Shown in pieces: positions 14,258 to 22,292 of a stretch of 27,994 nucleotides of DNA. The notes under the pieces were generated by a model. It saw only the letters and a list, made by a program, of their open reading frames with translations. It was not told where the DNA came from and did no database searches. Source of the stretch: a virus (taxonomy: Duplodnaviria > Caudoviricetes). The DNA lies in IMG/VR virus record IMGVR_UViG_3300020044_004165, positions 1 to 27,994 of that record; one strand, written 5' to 3'. The translations under genes were made by a program, and so were the position numbers. Each line of letters opens with the position of its first letter. The first letter of the stretch is position 1.

Positions 14258-15639
14258 GTTTCTTCAGAAATTTCTTCTTGGTAGAGGTCGATGATTTCTT
14301 TGTGTCCCGCCACGTTGTTTTGCAACATGGAGTACAGGCGGCTTTCGACTTGGCTTCCACGGATGTGGATGATGGTCATGGGGTTGACCTGACCGGGGCG
14401 GTCGATACGTGCGTTGGCTTGCAAGTACGTTTCAACACTGGTGCACGGAGCGTACCAAATAATGGTGTCTGCGGCAGTTAGGGTAAGCCCGTGTGACGCG
14501 GCTTGTGGTTGGATAATCAACACCTTGGGGTCGGGTTGCTCTTGGAACTGCTTGACCACGTCCGAGCGTTTGTTGACCGACACACTGCCGTTGATGATCT
14601 CGCAAGCGACGCCGTTCTTTGTTAGGTGCTTCTCAAGTAGCATGATCGAGTGAGTGAACGGCACAAAGATCAACACCTTGTTACTGCACTCATCCACAAT
14701 CTCCTGCACCACGTTAAGCCTGTTGCTCACGTCAAAGTCCACCACCTCGCCAGTGTCGGTGTAGATGGACCCACATGAAATCTGGAGCAGCTTGTTGATC
14801 TGCGTGGCGGCGTTGACCGCTGAGATTTCTTCCCCTGCGGCTTCGATCATCATTTCCTTCTTGAGTAGCTTGTAGAAGCCAGTCTGCTGTGGAGTCAGTG
14901 GAGCATCGCGTTCAACGAACGTCAACGGGGGCAGGTCAATGCACTGGCGCTTCTCAAACCGGATTGCGGGCTGCAGTACGGTGTGTACGGTGTGTTTCGC
15001 AGTCGGCTTCGGGATGTACCGATACTGACTGACCTTGGTCATCACCATGTCTTTGAAGTGCGTAAAGAACTGCGGTACGCCCTTGGGGTTGACCAGCTTT
15101 GCCAAACCATAAGCATCGGCAGGAGACTGCGCGGCGGGTGTGCCCGTCAACATCCACAAGCCCTTGATAACTTTTGTTAGGTCTCGGAGGTCTTTCCAGC
15201 GGCTTGTCTGTGCGTTCTTATACGCAGACGCCTCGTCCACAACGATGAGGTCAAACCCACCATTGATGATCTCGTCCTTAACGATGCCGACCCCGTCAAA
15301 GTTGATGATGACGAACTCGGCCCCAGCGTTGATGATCTCCTTGCGCTTACGTGCATTGCCGTAGGCGACAGAGACCGTGCGGTGCAGTGCAAACTTGAAC
15401 AGGTCACCCTGCCAAGCGGACTTCATGATTGACAGTGGGCAAATAACAAGCACTCGGCGAATGAGGCCAACGTGCATGAGGTAGTCAACGGCCCAGATCA
15501 CTGATGCGGTTTTGCCGGTGCCTTGCTCGTTGAAGCAAAACGCCTTGCGGTTACTAACCAAAAACTCTGCTGTTGACTTCTGATGTACGAACGGAGTGAA
15601 CCCGTGGGGGCGGGGCCACTCATACTCTGATAGGTTCAT
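14251..15639 (-). CDS. SNF2-family (SF2) helicase
   Basis: EQGTGKT, IVVDEAS, LTGTP, ASHGLTL and QANARIDRPGQ motifs. Confidence 0.92.
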   Translation of the reverse strand: MNLSEYEWPRPHGFTPFVHQKSTAEFLVSNRKAFCFNEQGTGKTASVIWAVDYLMHVGLIRRVLVICPLSIMKSAWQGDLFKFALHRTVSVAYGNARKRKEIINAGAEFVIINFDGVGIVKDEIINGGFDLIVVDEASAYKNAQTSRWKDLRDLTKVIKGLWMLTGTPAAQSPADAYGLAKLVNPKGVPQFFTHFKDMVMTKVSQYRYIPKPTAKHTVHTVLQPAIRFEKRQCIDLPPLTFVERDAPLTPQQTGFYKLLKKEMMIEAAGEEISAVNAATQINKLLQISCGSIYTDTGEVVDFDVSNRLNVVQEIVDECSNKVLIFVPFTHSIMLLEKHLTKNGVACEIINGSVSVNKRSDVVKQFQEQPDPKVLIIQPQAASHGLTLTAADTIIWYAPCTSVETYLQANARIDRPGQVNPMTIIHIRGSQVESRLYSMLQNNVAGHKEIIDLYQEEISEETS

Positions 15640-15814
15640 TTTCTTCCTTTGGTTTTAATCTAACGCATAGACGTGCGTGGTCGCTTTCAAGCATACGGGC
15701 CTCGTGCATACGCTCGGCTAGCTTGGACAGGTCATCCCCGGTCTCGTTTGCAAGGTCGTACCAATGAACCCAGCCTCTGCCATACCGCAGTAGCCAGATT
15801 TGCTCATCGGTCAT
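15620..15814 (-). CDS. Hypothetical protein
   Basis: 64 aa, ATGA-coupled to the upstream gene, fills the gap in the operon. Confidence 0.65.
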   Translation of the reverse strand: MTDEQIWLLRYGRGWVHWYDLANETGDDLSKLAERMHEARMLESDHARLCVRLKPKEENEPIRV

Positions 15815-16125
15815 TTCTTCTTCCGTTCCTTTGCGCTGGTCTCGGTCACCAGCTTGTGGTTGCTGTTGCGTTTGAACGAACGGTTCTTGGCCGCGCTTTC
15901 GATACGCACACCGTGTCCGTTGGTTCCACCTTTAGATAGAGCCTTGACGTGTGCAACATCTTTTCCTTCGCGGATGTCAGCCTTGCCATCACTGTCTCGG
16001 TCGGGGTGTTTTTTGTCGATGGTCTCTCGTGCACGTTGGCGTTCAGCTCGTGCTGGCCCTTCTCCTCGGGCTTTTTGTAATTGGTATTCATGTTTGTATG
16101 GTCGGGGGGTTTTGGTGTAGGGCAT
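15811..16125 (-). CDS. HNH-like protein
   Basis: Start reassigned to ATG 16125 (MPYTKTPRPYK, GGAG RBS). GKDVAHVKALSKGGTN...KNRSF resembles an HNH fold. Confidence 0.65.
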   Translation of the reverse strand: MPYTKTPRPYKHEYQLQKARGEGPARAERQRARETIDKKHPDRDSDGKADIREGKDVAHVKALSKGGTNGHGVRIESAAKNRSFKRNSNHKLVTETSAKERKKK

Positions 16126-16126
16126 T

Positions 16127-16789
16127 TCAGCTCCGGTTGTATTCGCACTGCTTGACTGAGCAGAATCTGCACAGCGGACCTTGGACGGGATTCCAAACCC
16201 CATTTTCCAATGCCGCCTCGATTCGCGCAACATCACGCGCTGGTTTTTCCACGTACTTGGGCACCATCTCAACGTGGTGCTCAGCTTTGACAAACTCTTT
16301 ACTTACAACGAACAAGAGGGCCGACTTAACCCGCTCAATCTGGGGGAACTTGGCAAAGATGCCTGTCGCCACCAAGTCCAACTGCTTCACGTCAGCGTAC
16401 CGTGCACTCTTGCTGGTCTTGTAGTCCACAGAGTAGGCGAGCTTCTTTTCCTCGTTGATCACCACCAAGTCGGCGATGCCATGCCACCAGACGTTCGGCG
16501 CGTGGAACTCACACGCTTCCAAGTCTTTGGTAAAGCCCAGCATCATCTCGCAATGCTTCTCGCCGGGGATTGCTTTGAGGCTGTCCAGCGTTTCTTGCAT
16601 GTACGCAAACTGAGGGGGAACTGGTGTATCGTCGCGGATGTATTCTTCCGCAGCAGTGTGGGCAGACTTCCCGTACAGCGTGGCCGTGGTGTCGGGCTCG
16701 ACAACATCCTTGGCGATTTTGGTGTGGTAATACTTCTTCGGACATTGCTGGAATGTCTTCAGGCTACTGAATGACCAGACGATGCTCAT
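16127..16789 (-). CDS. PD-(D/E)XK Cas4/RecB-like exonuclease
   Basis: SFSSLKTFQQCP, GKSAH, GIADL, VDYKT, QL and C-terminal CRFC..C. Confidence 0.9.
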   Translation of the reverse strand: MSIVWSFSSLKTFQQCPKKYYHTKIAKDVVEPDTTATLYGKSAHTAAEEYIRDDTPVPPQFAYMQETLDSLKAIPGEKHCEMMLGFTKDLEACEFHAPNVWWHGIADLVVINEEKKLAYSVDYKTSKSARYADVKQLDLVATGIFAKFPQIERVKSALLFVVSKEFVKAEHHVEMVPKYVEKPARDVARIEAALENGVWNPVQGPLCRFCSVKQCEYNRS

Positions 16790-17061
16790 GTGTTGAGTCC
16801 TTTTAGGATCAGTAGGGTTGTAAGTGCTTGCGTAAGCGTTTGATCCTCGGGCACGATGAACATCTCGCTGGTCCAGTCAGGTCCGTGGTTGTTGGGCTTG
16901 TACGTAGAGACTTCTAAGATGCGCCCGTTCATCGCCTTCATCACGCCGATGCGGAACGAGGGGGTGACCTCACTGCGCACGGATTCAAGGCCAAGGGTTG
17001 GGCGTGGTGAGTCGTTTTCCCGCAACGCCCATTGAATTACTCGATTGATCAGTCTTCTCAT
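16786..17061 (-). CDS. Hypothetical protein
   Basis: 91 aa, coupled to polA upstream and to the nuclease downstream. Confidence 0.7.
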   Translation of the reverse strand: MRRLINRVIQWALRENDSPRPTLGLESVRSEVTPSFRIGVMKAMNGRILEVSTYKPNNHGPDWTSEMFIVPEDQTLTQALTTLLILKGLNT

Positions 17062-18881
17062 CAGCAGTCTCCATAACTTTTGCCTGAACCAGATTCGCAG
17101 TTAAGAGGGAGGTCAAGCCCCCACTGCGGACGTATACGCATACACAGCTCAACGTATTCAACAGCACGTTCCACCTCGGCCTCGGGCACGATGCAAGCGA
17201 TCGCGTCATGCACCGTCATGACCACTTGATACTTCTTCGCAACCAGCAACATCTGATCACCAATCACGATCCGTGCAAGGGCTTGGCATACGTTCTCCAC
17301 CACCTTGCCGCCATAAATGCGGTTGGGGATTGTAGCTTTGCCTTTCTTGGTGTCGTACACGTACTCGGGCTTGCCGTCTTCCTCGTTGGTGGACCAGCGT
17401 AGGTTGGGGTAACGTAAGTACAAGCCGTTCGGTAACAGGATGCCTTTGGTGCCCAGCACCTTCAGCAGACCGTCTCGTCCAAGCTCGGCGTACTGGTCGC
17501 CGATGATGGCTCCAAGGACTCCCCCTGCGGCCTTCCACAGCTCGGTGATCTTGGGGTAAGTGCGGCGGTACGTGTCTATGATGCGTTTGGTTTCGTCAAG
17601 CTCGATAACAACACCAAAGTTTTTAAGCTGCGCTTGGAATTTTGCCGCGCCCATGCCGTACCCCGCACCAAGGATTGTCGTTTTACCCACGAACCGTTCA
17701 TCCTTGGTAATGTCCGAGATTGCCTTGCCATAAATAGCAGATGCCATGATTTTGTAAACGTCTTCGCCACGGTCAAATGCCTCCACCAAATCGTCTTGTC
17801 CTGCAAGCCATGCCAACGTACGTGCTTCAATCTGCGATGAGTCCGAGTCGATCATCATGTACCCGTCAGGGGCCAATATGGACTTCTTCAGGGGGGAGTT
17901 CCTCGGCAGGTTTTGCAGGTTCAACTTGTCGTCACCACCCCAGCGTCCCGTGTGGGCCGCGTAGTACCGCAAGGGAACTGGCATAGGTCCGCGTTGGGCA
18001 ATCCCGATGAACCGCTCGGTCCGGCTCTCCTCGATCGTGGACTTGGTACCCAGTCGGGCGGCAACCAAGGTCTGCACTGCCGTGGTCGGATGTTCGAGCA
18101 GGGCTTTGAACTCCTCGTCCGTCTTGGCAAACGCGTACGTCAGCTTACCCGTGGCAGGGCTCTTCTTCATTGGTGGCTCAACACCCAGATCACGCAACAG
18201 ATCGGCGAACTGAGGGTTGCTCATCAACGTATCTTTGTCGAAGTTCCTGAGCAGGTCTTCTTTGCGGCGTTGCTCTGCCTTCAAGTGATCGCGCAGCAGC
18301 AGCTCATCCAATCGCAACACAGGGTCGGTGAACATGCGAACGGTCAGGTCGATCAGGCGCAACTCAGTCTTGGGGAACCCTTGGCTCATGTGGCCGAACA
18401 AGTCCCACGTCAGCGCCACATCGTTACGGCAGTACGAACCGTAGTCGGCTAGCTCCTCGGGCGTGAAGTCCTTGCGGAAGTAGTTGATGTACTGCTTGAC
18501 CTGCGTACCCTTCTCGCCGATGCCGTAGTGCTCAGCCAACACACCGAGGCTCCCGCCTACGTTCGTACCGTGAAGTGCTCGGCCCATGCTCAGCGTATCC
18601 AACCAGCCCTTTGGTTTGATGCCGAAGTGCTCGGACAGGATAAACCCATCGAACACAGCGTTGTGCGCCAGCGCAAGGGAGTTGGCCCAGTCGAACTGCT
18701 TGAGGAACTTGGCGGTCTCGGTCATCGAACCGCTGAACCACTCGGGCTCACCGTCATTGACCTGCACCGCCACACCGATCACCTCAAACAATGGGTCTCG
18801 TACGTATTCCTCAGTAGTCTGTTTGGCGAACCCAAGGGCACCACCATACGCAGATTCAAAGTCGATAGTGATGATGTTCAT
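17061..18881 (-). CDS. polA: Phage family A DNA polymerase (3'-5' exonuclease + polymerase)
   Basis: Exo I IDFE, Exo II AHNAVFD, Exo III YCRND, HTGRWGG..NLQNLP, motif A DSSQIEAR, motif B RFVGKTTILGAGYG, motif C VHDAI. Confidence 0.95.
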   Translation of the reverse strand: MNIITIDFESAYGGALGFAKQTTEEYVRDPLFEVIGVAVQVNDGEPEWFSGSMTETAKFLKQFDWANSLALAHNAVFDGFILSEHFGIKPKGWLDTLSMGRALHGTNVGGSLGVLAEHYGIGEKGTQVKQYINYFRKDFTPEELADYGSYCRNDVALTWDLFGHMSQGFPKTELRLIDLTVRMFTDPVLRLDELLLRDHLKAEQRRKEDLLRNFDKDTLMSNPQFADLLRDLGVEPPMKKSPATGKLTYAFAKTDEEFKALLEHPTTAVQTLVAARLGTKSTIEESRTERFIGIAQRGPMPVPLRYYAAHTGRWGGDDKLNLQNLPRNSPLKKSILAPDGYMMIDSDSSQIEARTLAWLAGQDDLVEAFDRGEDVYKIMASAIYGKAISDITKDERFVGKTTILGAGYGMGAAKFQAQLKNFGVVIELDETKRIIDTYRRTYPKITELWKAAGGVLGAIIGDQYAELGRDGLLKVLGTKGILLPNGLYLRYPNLRWSTNEEDGKPEYVYDTKKGKATIPNRIYGGKVVENVCQALARIVIGDQMLLVAKKYQVVMTVHDAIACIVPEAEVERAVEYVELCMRIRPQWGLDLPLNCESGSGKSYGDC

Positions 18882-19237
18882 GGGAAGTTGTACCGGGTTT
18901 CCGATTGCTTGGGTATCGTTTGGTTGGAAATTGCTGCGACACGGCTATCGTATGAACTTCCAGTGATGACCCCTTGGGAGATCACCCCTTGAGCGTACCC
19001 CTTCATCTGGTCCTGCATCTCGTCCCTCAACAAAGTCTGCACTACGCTGTAATCAAACTCTTTGCGGCGCACAGCTTTCAGCGCCTCGTGCAGTGCGCCC
19101 TTCTCGGGCTCGGTCAGCACCTCACGGAACTTATCTTTGAAAATAAAGCGCCACTTGTCTGCCTCGTTGAAGAACTCCTCGGGGTTGGTCTCCATGCGCT
19201 TGATGACGGTCTCGACACCTGTTGAAAAATTAGACAT
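18878..19237 (-). CDS. Hypothetical protein
   Basis: 119 aa, AAGGAAG RBS, ATGA-coupled to polA. Confidence 0.75.
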   Translation of the reverse strand: MSNFSTGVETVIKRMETNPEEFFNEADKWRFIFKDKFREVLTEPEKGALHEALKAVRRKEFDYSVVQTLLRDEMQDQMKGYAQGVISQGVITGSSYDSRVAAISNQTIPKQSETRYNFP

Positions 19238-19255
19238 TGTTGCTTCCTTGGTAAA

Positions 19256-19552
19256 TCATTTTGCTCTCTCCTTGACCCACTGTTTAAACTCTTCCAAGTT
19301 CTCCTCGTTGACTACCCATGCGTGGCCGCCAGACATCAAAATGTCTCGCAGGTTCTTTTCTTGGAGTGCGGTGGTCTTGCCCTTACCCGCCTTGGCTTCA
19401 ATCGCCACAAACTGGCCTTGTAAGCAACATAGGAAGTCGGGCACACCAGCGTTACCGTAGCCACTGCCGATTGGCATAGCGTAGTAGACGTTGTGTTCTT
19501 TCAGGGTGGTCTTGATCTTGGCCTTGACCTTGGCCTCTGGCGTGGTTGCCAT
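19256..19552 (-). CDS. VRR-NUC domain nuclease (putative resolvase)
   Basis: TPEAKVK...AGVPDFL...AIEAKAGKGKTTALQ...GGHAWVV. Confidence 0.9.
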   Translation of the reverse strand: MATTPEAKVKAKIKTTLKEHNVYYAMPIGSGYGNAGVPDFLCCLQGQFVAIEAKAGKGKTTALQEKNLRDILMSGGHAWVVNEENLEEFKQWVKERAK

Positions 19553-19887
19553 CAGTCAAGCCACTCCATGAACGTGTTGCCCTTGTGCTGGAAGATAGCA
19601 AGCCGTTGCAGTGTGCCGCCGCCTTGGGATTGGGGGCCGCACTCCTCGCAGTCGAACTCAATGATCAGTCCGTGTCGGCGGGGGCTGGGGTTGCAGGTAT
19701 CTCGGTTGGGGAAGTCAGATGTTTGGACGGCCTTTCCGTCCTGAGCAATCACCGTGGTGGTGTCGCCATCTTCGCCACGTTCAAAGACCGTGACATTGGT
19801 CTGGTGCAGGTAGTCGCTTCCACACTTGCACTTCAGCTGTCCGTAGTGCGTGGGGTCTACATCAGCGGGGTGTTTTCCAAACGCCAT
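19552..19887 (-). CDS. Hypothetical protein with CxC / CxxC motifs
   Basis: Start reassigned to ATG 19887 (GGAG 6 nt upstream) because the track start at 19929 lies inside the promoter. CKCGSDYLH...NPSPRRHGL..FDCEEC...QHKG. Confidence 0.7.
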   Translation of the reverse strand: MAFGKHPADVDPTHYGQLKCKCGSDYLHQTNVTVFERGEDGDTTTVIAQDGKAVQTSDFPNRDTCNPSPRRHGLIIEFDCEECGPQSQGGGTLQRLAIFQHKGNTFMEWLD

Positions 19888-19917
19888 CTCATACTCCAAT
19901 TTGTTTTCAGGACCCAG

Positions 19918-19945
19918 AGAATACCACACCTCTTTACTTTGTCAA
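19918..19945 (-). promoter_or_regulatory. Sigma70-type promoter for the nuclease/polymerase operon
   Basis: - strand TTGACA (19945-19940), 16 nt, extended -10 TGgTATTCT. Sits just after a terminator, and its spacer resembles that of the 14227-14254 promoter. Confidence 0.75.
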
Positions 19946-19956
19946 CACCCAGACGC

Positions 19957-19980
19957 AAAAAAGCCGCCCGAAGGCGGCTT
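19957..19980 (-). terminator. Rho-independent terminator
   Basis: - strand AAGCCGCC-TTCG-GGCGGCTT followed by TTTT (UUCG tetraloop). Confidence 0.9.
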
Positions 19981-19989
19981 GGTATTTTC

Positions 19990-20005
19990 CCTAACAAATG
20001 TTAGG
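19990..20005. promoter_or_regulatory. Palindromic site TAACA-N2-TGTTA, copy 1
   Basis: CCTAACA-AA-TGTTAGG. Confidence 0.65.
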
Positions 20006-20510
20006 ATTTTTTGGGGTACTTGGACTCCATCTCGATCAGCAGGTCGATCTCGTGCTTGATCTTGTACAGGTCATCGAACCGTTTTTCCACCGGCTTTTCA
20101 CGCCAGCGGGTGATGCGCTTGACGACACACCCCTCAAGAAAGTTCAAGTTGTTTGCGGAAATGTACTCCACTGGTTGGATTGGCTTGTCCTTGTAGTGGC
20201 TACCCGCAACTTGAATGTCCAACGCACTCGGCTCTTCCATTGTGATTGGAATCTCTATCTCCATCGCCTTCTCGATGCTGTTGTCGGTTGTGCTGATGTG
20301 CATCACCTTCCAGTCTTTCGTGGGCTCTGGGAACCTCTTGCGGATGGTCTCTGCAAGCTCAATCTTCTTCTTGTCCATGTTGCGCTTGACCATGTATGCA
20401 ACCTGATACTTCACACCCGCTACCTTGGCAACCTCGGACACCGTTTTGTTGGGGTACTTAGCGAAGTAATTGCGGATGTTTTGTGCTTGGGAAAGATTTT
20501 TCTTAGCCAT
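20001..20510 (-). CDS. N-terminal HTH-like region fused to a DUF3310 (SaV-like / T7 gp1.7-like) domain
   Basis: TVSEVAKVAGVKYQVAY at the N-terminus. QVAGSHYK..IQPVEYI..NNLNFLEG...R...K...DL.K at the C-terminus. Confidence 0.8.
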   Translation of the reverse strand: MAKKNLSQAQNIRNYFAKYPNKTVSEVAKVAGVKYQVAYMVKRNMDKKKIELAETIRKRFPEPTKDWKVMHISTTDNSIEKAMEIEIPITMEEPSALDIQVAGSHYKDKPIQPVEYISANNLNFLEGCVVKRITRWREKPVEKRFDDLYKIKHEIDLLIEMESKYPKKS

Positions 20511-20715
20511 TGATTTCTCCTTGGGTTTGGCTATTGACGTACGCAGTAAGAACTTCTCTCATTTTCACTTGCTTGGAGTGCGGATGGTGGGTCTCGAAAT
20601 AATCAAGCACCTCCTTCGGCAGTCGCAAGCTCGTACAGTCAAGCGCGGGTTTCTTACCGGGTCCCCGCCCTTTACGTTTCTTCACAGGTTTGAGTTCTTC
20701 AATTCCAGTTGTCAT
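20503..20715 (-). CDS. BrnA-antitoxin-like ribbon-helix-helix protein
   Basis: GRGPGKKP...SLRLPKEVLDYF......Q..MREVLTAYV follows the BrnA pattern. Confidence 0.6.
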   Translation of the reverse strand: MTTGIEELKPVKKRKGRGPGKKPALDCTSLRLPKEVLDYFETHHPHSKQVKMREVLTAYVNSQTQGEING

Positions 20716-20900
20716 TCGATTTCCTCTATGCGTACTCTGACGCGGATTGGTTTGGCTTTGATCTCGTCAAAAAACTCAAGTCCTTGAGACCTTATCAAAG
20801 CCGACTTGAAAGTTTTGTAGAGGTGTGGGTGACCGTCATTGTTGTTGTAAAAGTTACGGCCTCTGAGCTTGATGGCCCACGCCTTGATGTCTTTCTTCAT
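20712..20900 (-). CDS. Hypothetical protein
   Basis: MKKDIKAWAIK...KPIRVRVRIEEIE, ATGA-coupled on both sides. Confidence 0.7.
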   Translation of the reverse strand: MKKDIKAWAIKLRGRNFYNNNDGHPHLYKTFKSALIRSQGLEFFDEIKAKPIRVRVRIEEIE

Positions 20901-21079
20901 GTCAATGACTTCCATTTGCTTTTTGGTTCGCTGGCCCTCTCCACGTAGAAGTGGATTAGAAAATTAAACACCTGCGAGTAAGTCATGGTGATGCCCGTGT
21001 CAGAAGCTAGTCGCGCACGTATCTTGTCAATGTCTTGGCTCACGGGAATCGTGACTCGCTTGGTCTTAGAGTCGATCAT
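20897..21079 (-). CDS. Small RHH-like protein
   Basis: Start reassigned to ATG 21079 (GAGGA RBS, ATGA overlap). KRVTIPV followed by two helices. Confidence 0.6.
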   Translation of the reverse strand: MIDSKTKRVTIPVSQDIDKIRARLASDTGITMTYSQVFNFLIHFYVERASEPKSKWKSLT

Positions 21080-21168
21080 TTGATAATCCTCATGAACGCG
21101 CCACATCGGACGCACTTGTATAGCAGTTTGTCTGGAACTTCTTCCCAGCGATGTTTGCATTCGGTCAT
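21076..21168 (-). CDS. 30-aa putative zinc-ribbon microprotein
   Basis: AAGGAG RBS and ATGA coupling. MTECKHRW...YKCVRCG (CxH...CxxC). Confidence 0.6.
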   Translation of the reverse strand: MTECKHRWEEVPDKLLYKCVRCGAFMRIIK

Positions 21169-21521
21169 GTGTTGCTCCTTGCTCGGATGGCGGCTTGTAA
21201 TGCACAGAAATCTTGATGAGCCTTGAGCGTTGACGAGTAGTGCAAGTTGCTGTCGCAATGAATCTTCCACCACTTGCGTGCAAACTCTTCACACAAATTC
21301 GCTATTTGTTTTCGTTCTTGTGCCAGCGCATCGGTCAGGATGTTGACCTGTCGCTCCATTGCCTCCATCTCGGCAGGCCAACTGTTGCGCTCGTCAGCAC
21401 GGACAAGATCGACTAAGGCTTTGAGTTCTTTTGCGCAATCAGCGTTGATAGTTGTTACATAGACCATTCCGTTGTGTTCTTTAAACCCGGCATAACTCGC
21501 CATTTCAATTATGGTCTTCAT
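21165..21521 (-). CDS. Hypothetical modular phage protein
   Basis: Strong RBS, ...LVRADER...ERKQIANLCE...AAIRARS, coupled to both neighbours. Confidence 0.75.
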   Translation of the reverse strand: MKTIIEMASYAGFKEHNGMVYVTTINADCAKELKALVDLVRADERNSWPAEMEAMERQVNILTDALAQERKQIANLCEEFARKWWKIHCDSNLHYSSTLKAHQDFCALQAAIRARSNT

Positions 21522-21721
21522 GTGTTCTTCTCCTTGAGTTTGGCTTCGATGGCATCAAGGTGCGCCAGCGTGTCGTCCCCGTACTTGGCATCCAGCTCAG
21601 CCTTTTCCTCATCCGTCAGCCCAACCCATGTGCGCTGTGCTGGCTGCTCTGCCAGCTTCAACATACTCTCCTGCCCGGCTTCATAACCTCTGGCATACCC
21701 GTTTGAATATTCTTCGCTCAT
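21518..21721 (-). CDS. Hypothetical modular protein (QPAQRTWVGLTDEE type)
   Basis: RBS, coupled to neighbours, ends AIEAKLKEKNT. Confidence 0.8.
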   Translation of the reverse strand: MSEEYSNGYARGYEAGQESMLKLAEQPAQRTWVGLTDEEKAELDAKYGDDTLAHLDAIEAKLKEKNT

Positions 21722-21956
21722 GTGTTCTCCTTGATGTAAAGCATCGTGATGGTTTCACCGGCTTCTAGGTGCGCTTCACACTCAGCCAGATAATCAAGCC
21801 CTTTGAACGTGGCATCTTTGCCGTTGTTGAACTGGATGTGAAAACCCCACGGCTTGCGCTGTGCTGGCTGCTCCTTGATTCGCCATGCTTCGCGGCGATA
21901 TTCTTCCGACATGCCTTTGAACCAGTCGTCAGGCATTTCCTGCTGTGCTGGCTGCT
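21631..21956. repeat. Three dispersed direct repeats encoding QPAQ linkers
   Basis: TGCGCTGTGCTGGCTGCTC at 21631-21649 and 21855-21873. Core GCTGTGCTGGCTGCT also at 21942-21956. Confidence 0.85.
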
Positions 21957-22140
21957 TGGGCACAGCAAACATTCTCTGCCCTTTGTGGAAGATGACGCTG
22001 ACCTCGATGGCATCTTTGTATTGCTCATAGTCCAGCCCCAACTCACGGGCGTTTTCTGCCATCTTGTCGAGGGCTTGATGCTTTGGGATGCACCCGTGCT
22101 TGGTGCAGTGAGCGACTGTTTCGCATTCGTCACAGATCAT
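21718..22140 (-). CDS. Hypothetical modular protein
   Basis: N-terminal CxxC...HC...C, ALDKMAENARELGLDYE segment, two QPAQ linkers. Confidence 0.8.
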   Translation of the reverse strand: MICDECETVAHCTKHGCIPKHQALDKMAENARELGLDYEQYKDAIEVSVIFHKGQRMFAVPKQPAQQEMPDDWFKGMSEEYRREAWRIKEQPAQRKPWGFHIQFNNGKDATFKGLDYLAECEAHLEAGETITMLYIKENT

Positions 22141-22292
22141 GCCGCCACCTCACACATCTCCCAGCCAAGCTGGAAATAGGACCAGCGCATTTGCAGTGCC
22201 GGGACAAGGTACTTGCCCTTTGCGTTCATGGTGAAATCGTTGTGTCCTTTGGTAGCCATGATGGCCTCAAAAACTTGTTGTGCTTTGCTCAT
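22137..22292 (-). CDS. 51-aa hypothetical protein (absent from the ORF track)
   Basis: GGAG RBS, ATGA overlaps at both ends. [51 protein letters not shown]. Confidence 0.75.
   Translation of the reverse strand: MSKAQQVFEAIMATKGHNDFTMNAKGKYLVPALQMRWSYFQLGWEMCEVAA

Noticed and set aside
15811-16125. HNH-like gene as an intron or mobile homing element
   Set aside because: Flanking genes are intact and coupled, and no interrupted gene is visible.
16127-16789. Cas4-like nuclease as evidence of CRISPR-Cas
   Set aside because: No array or other cas genes. Stand-alone Cas4-like nucleases are common in phage replication modules.
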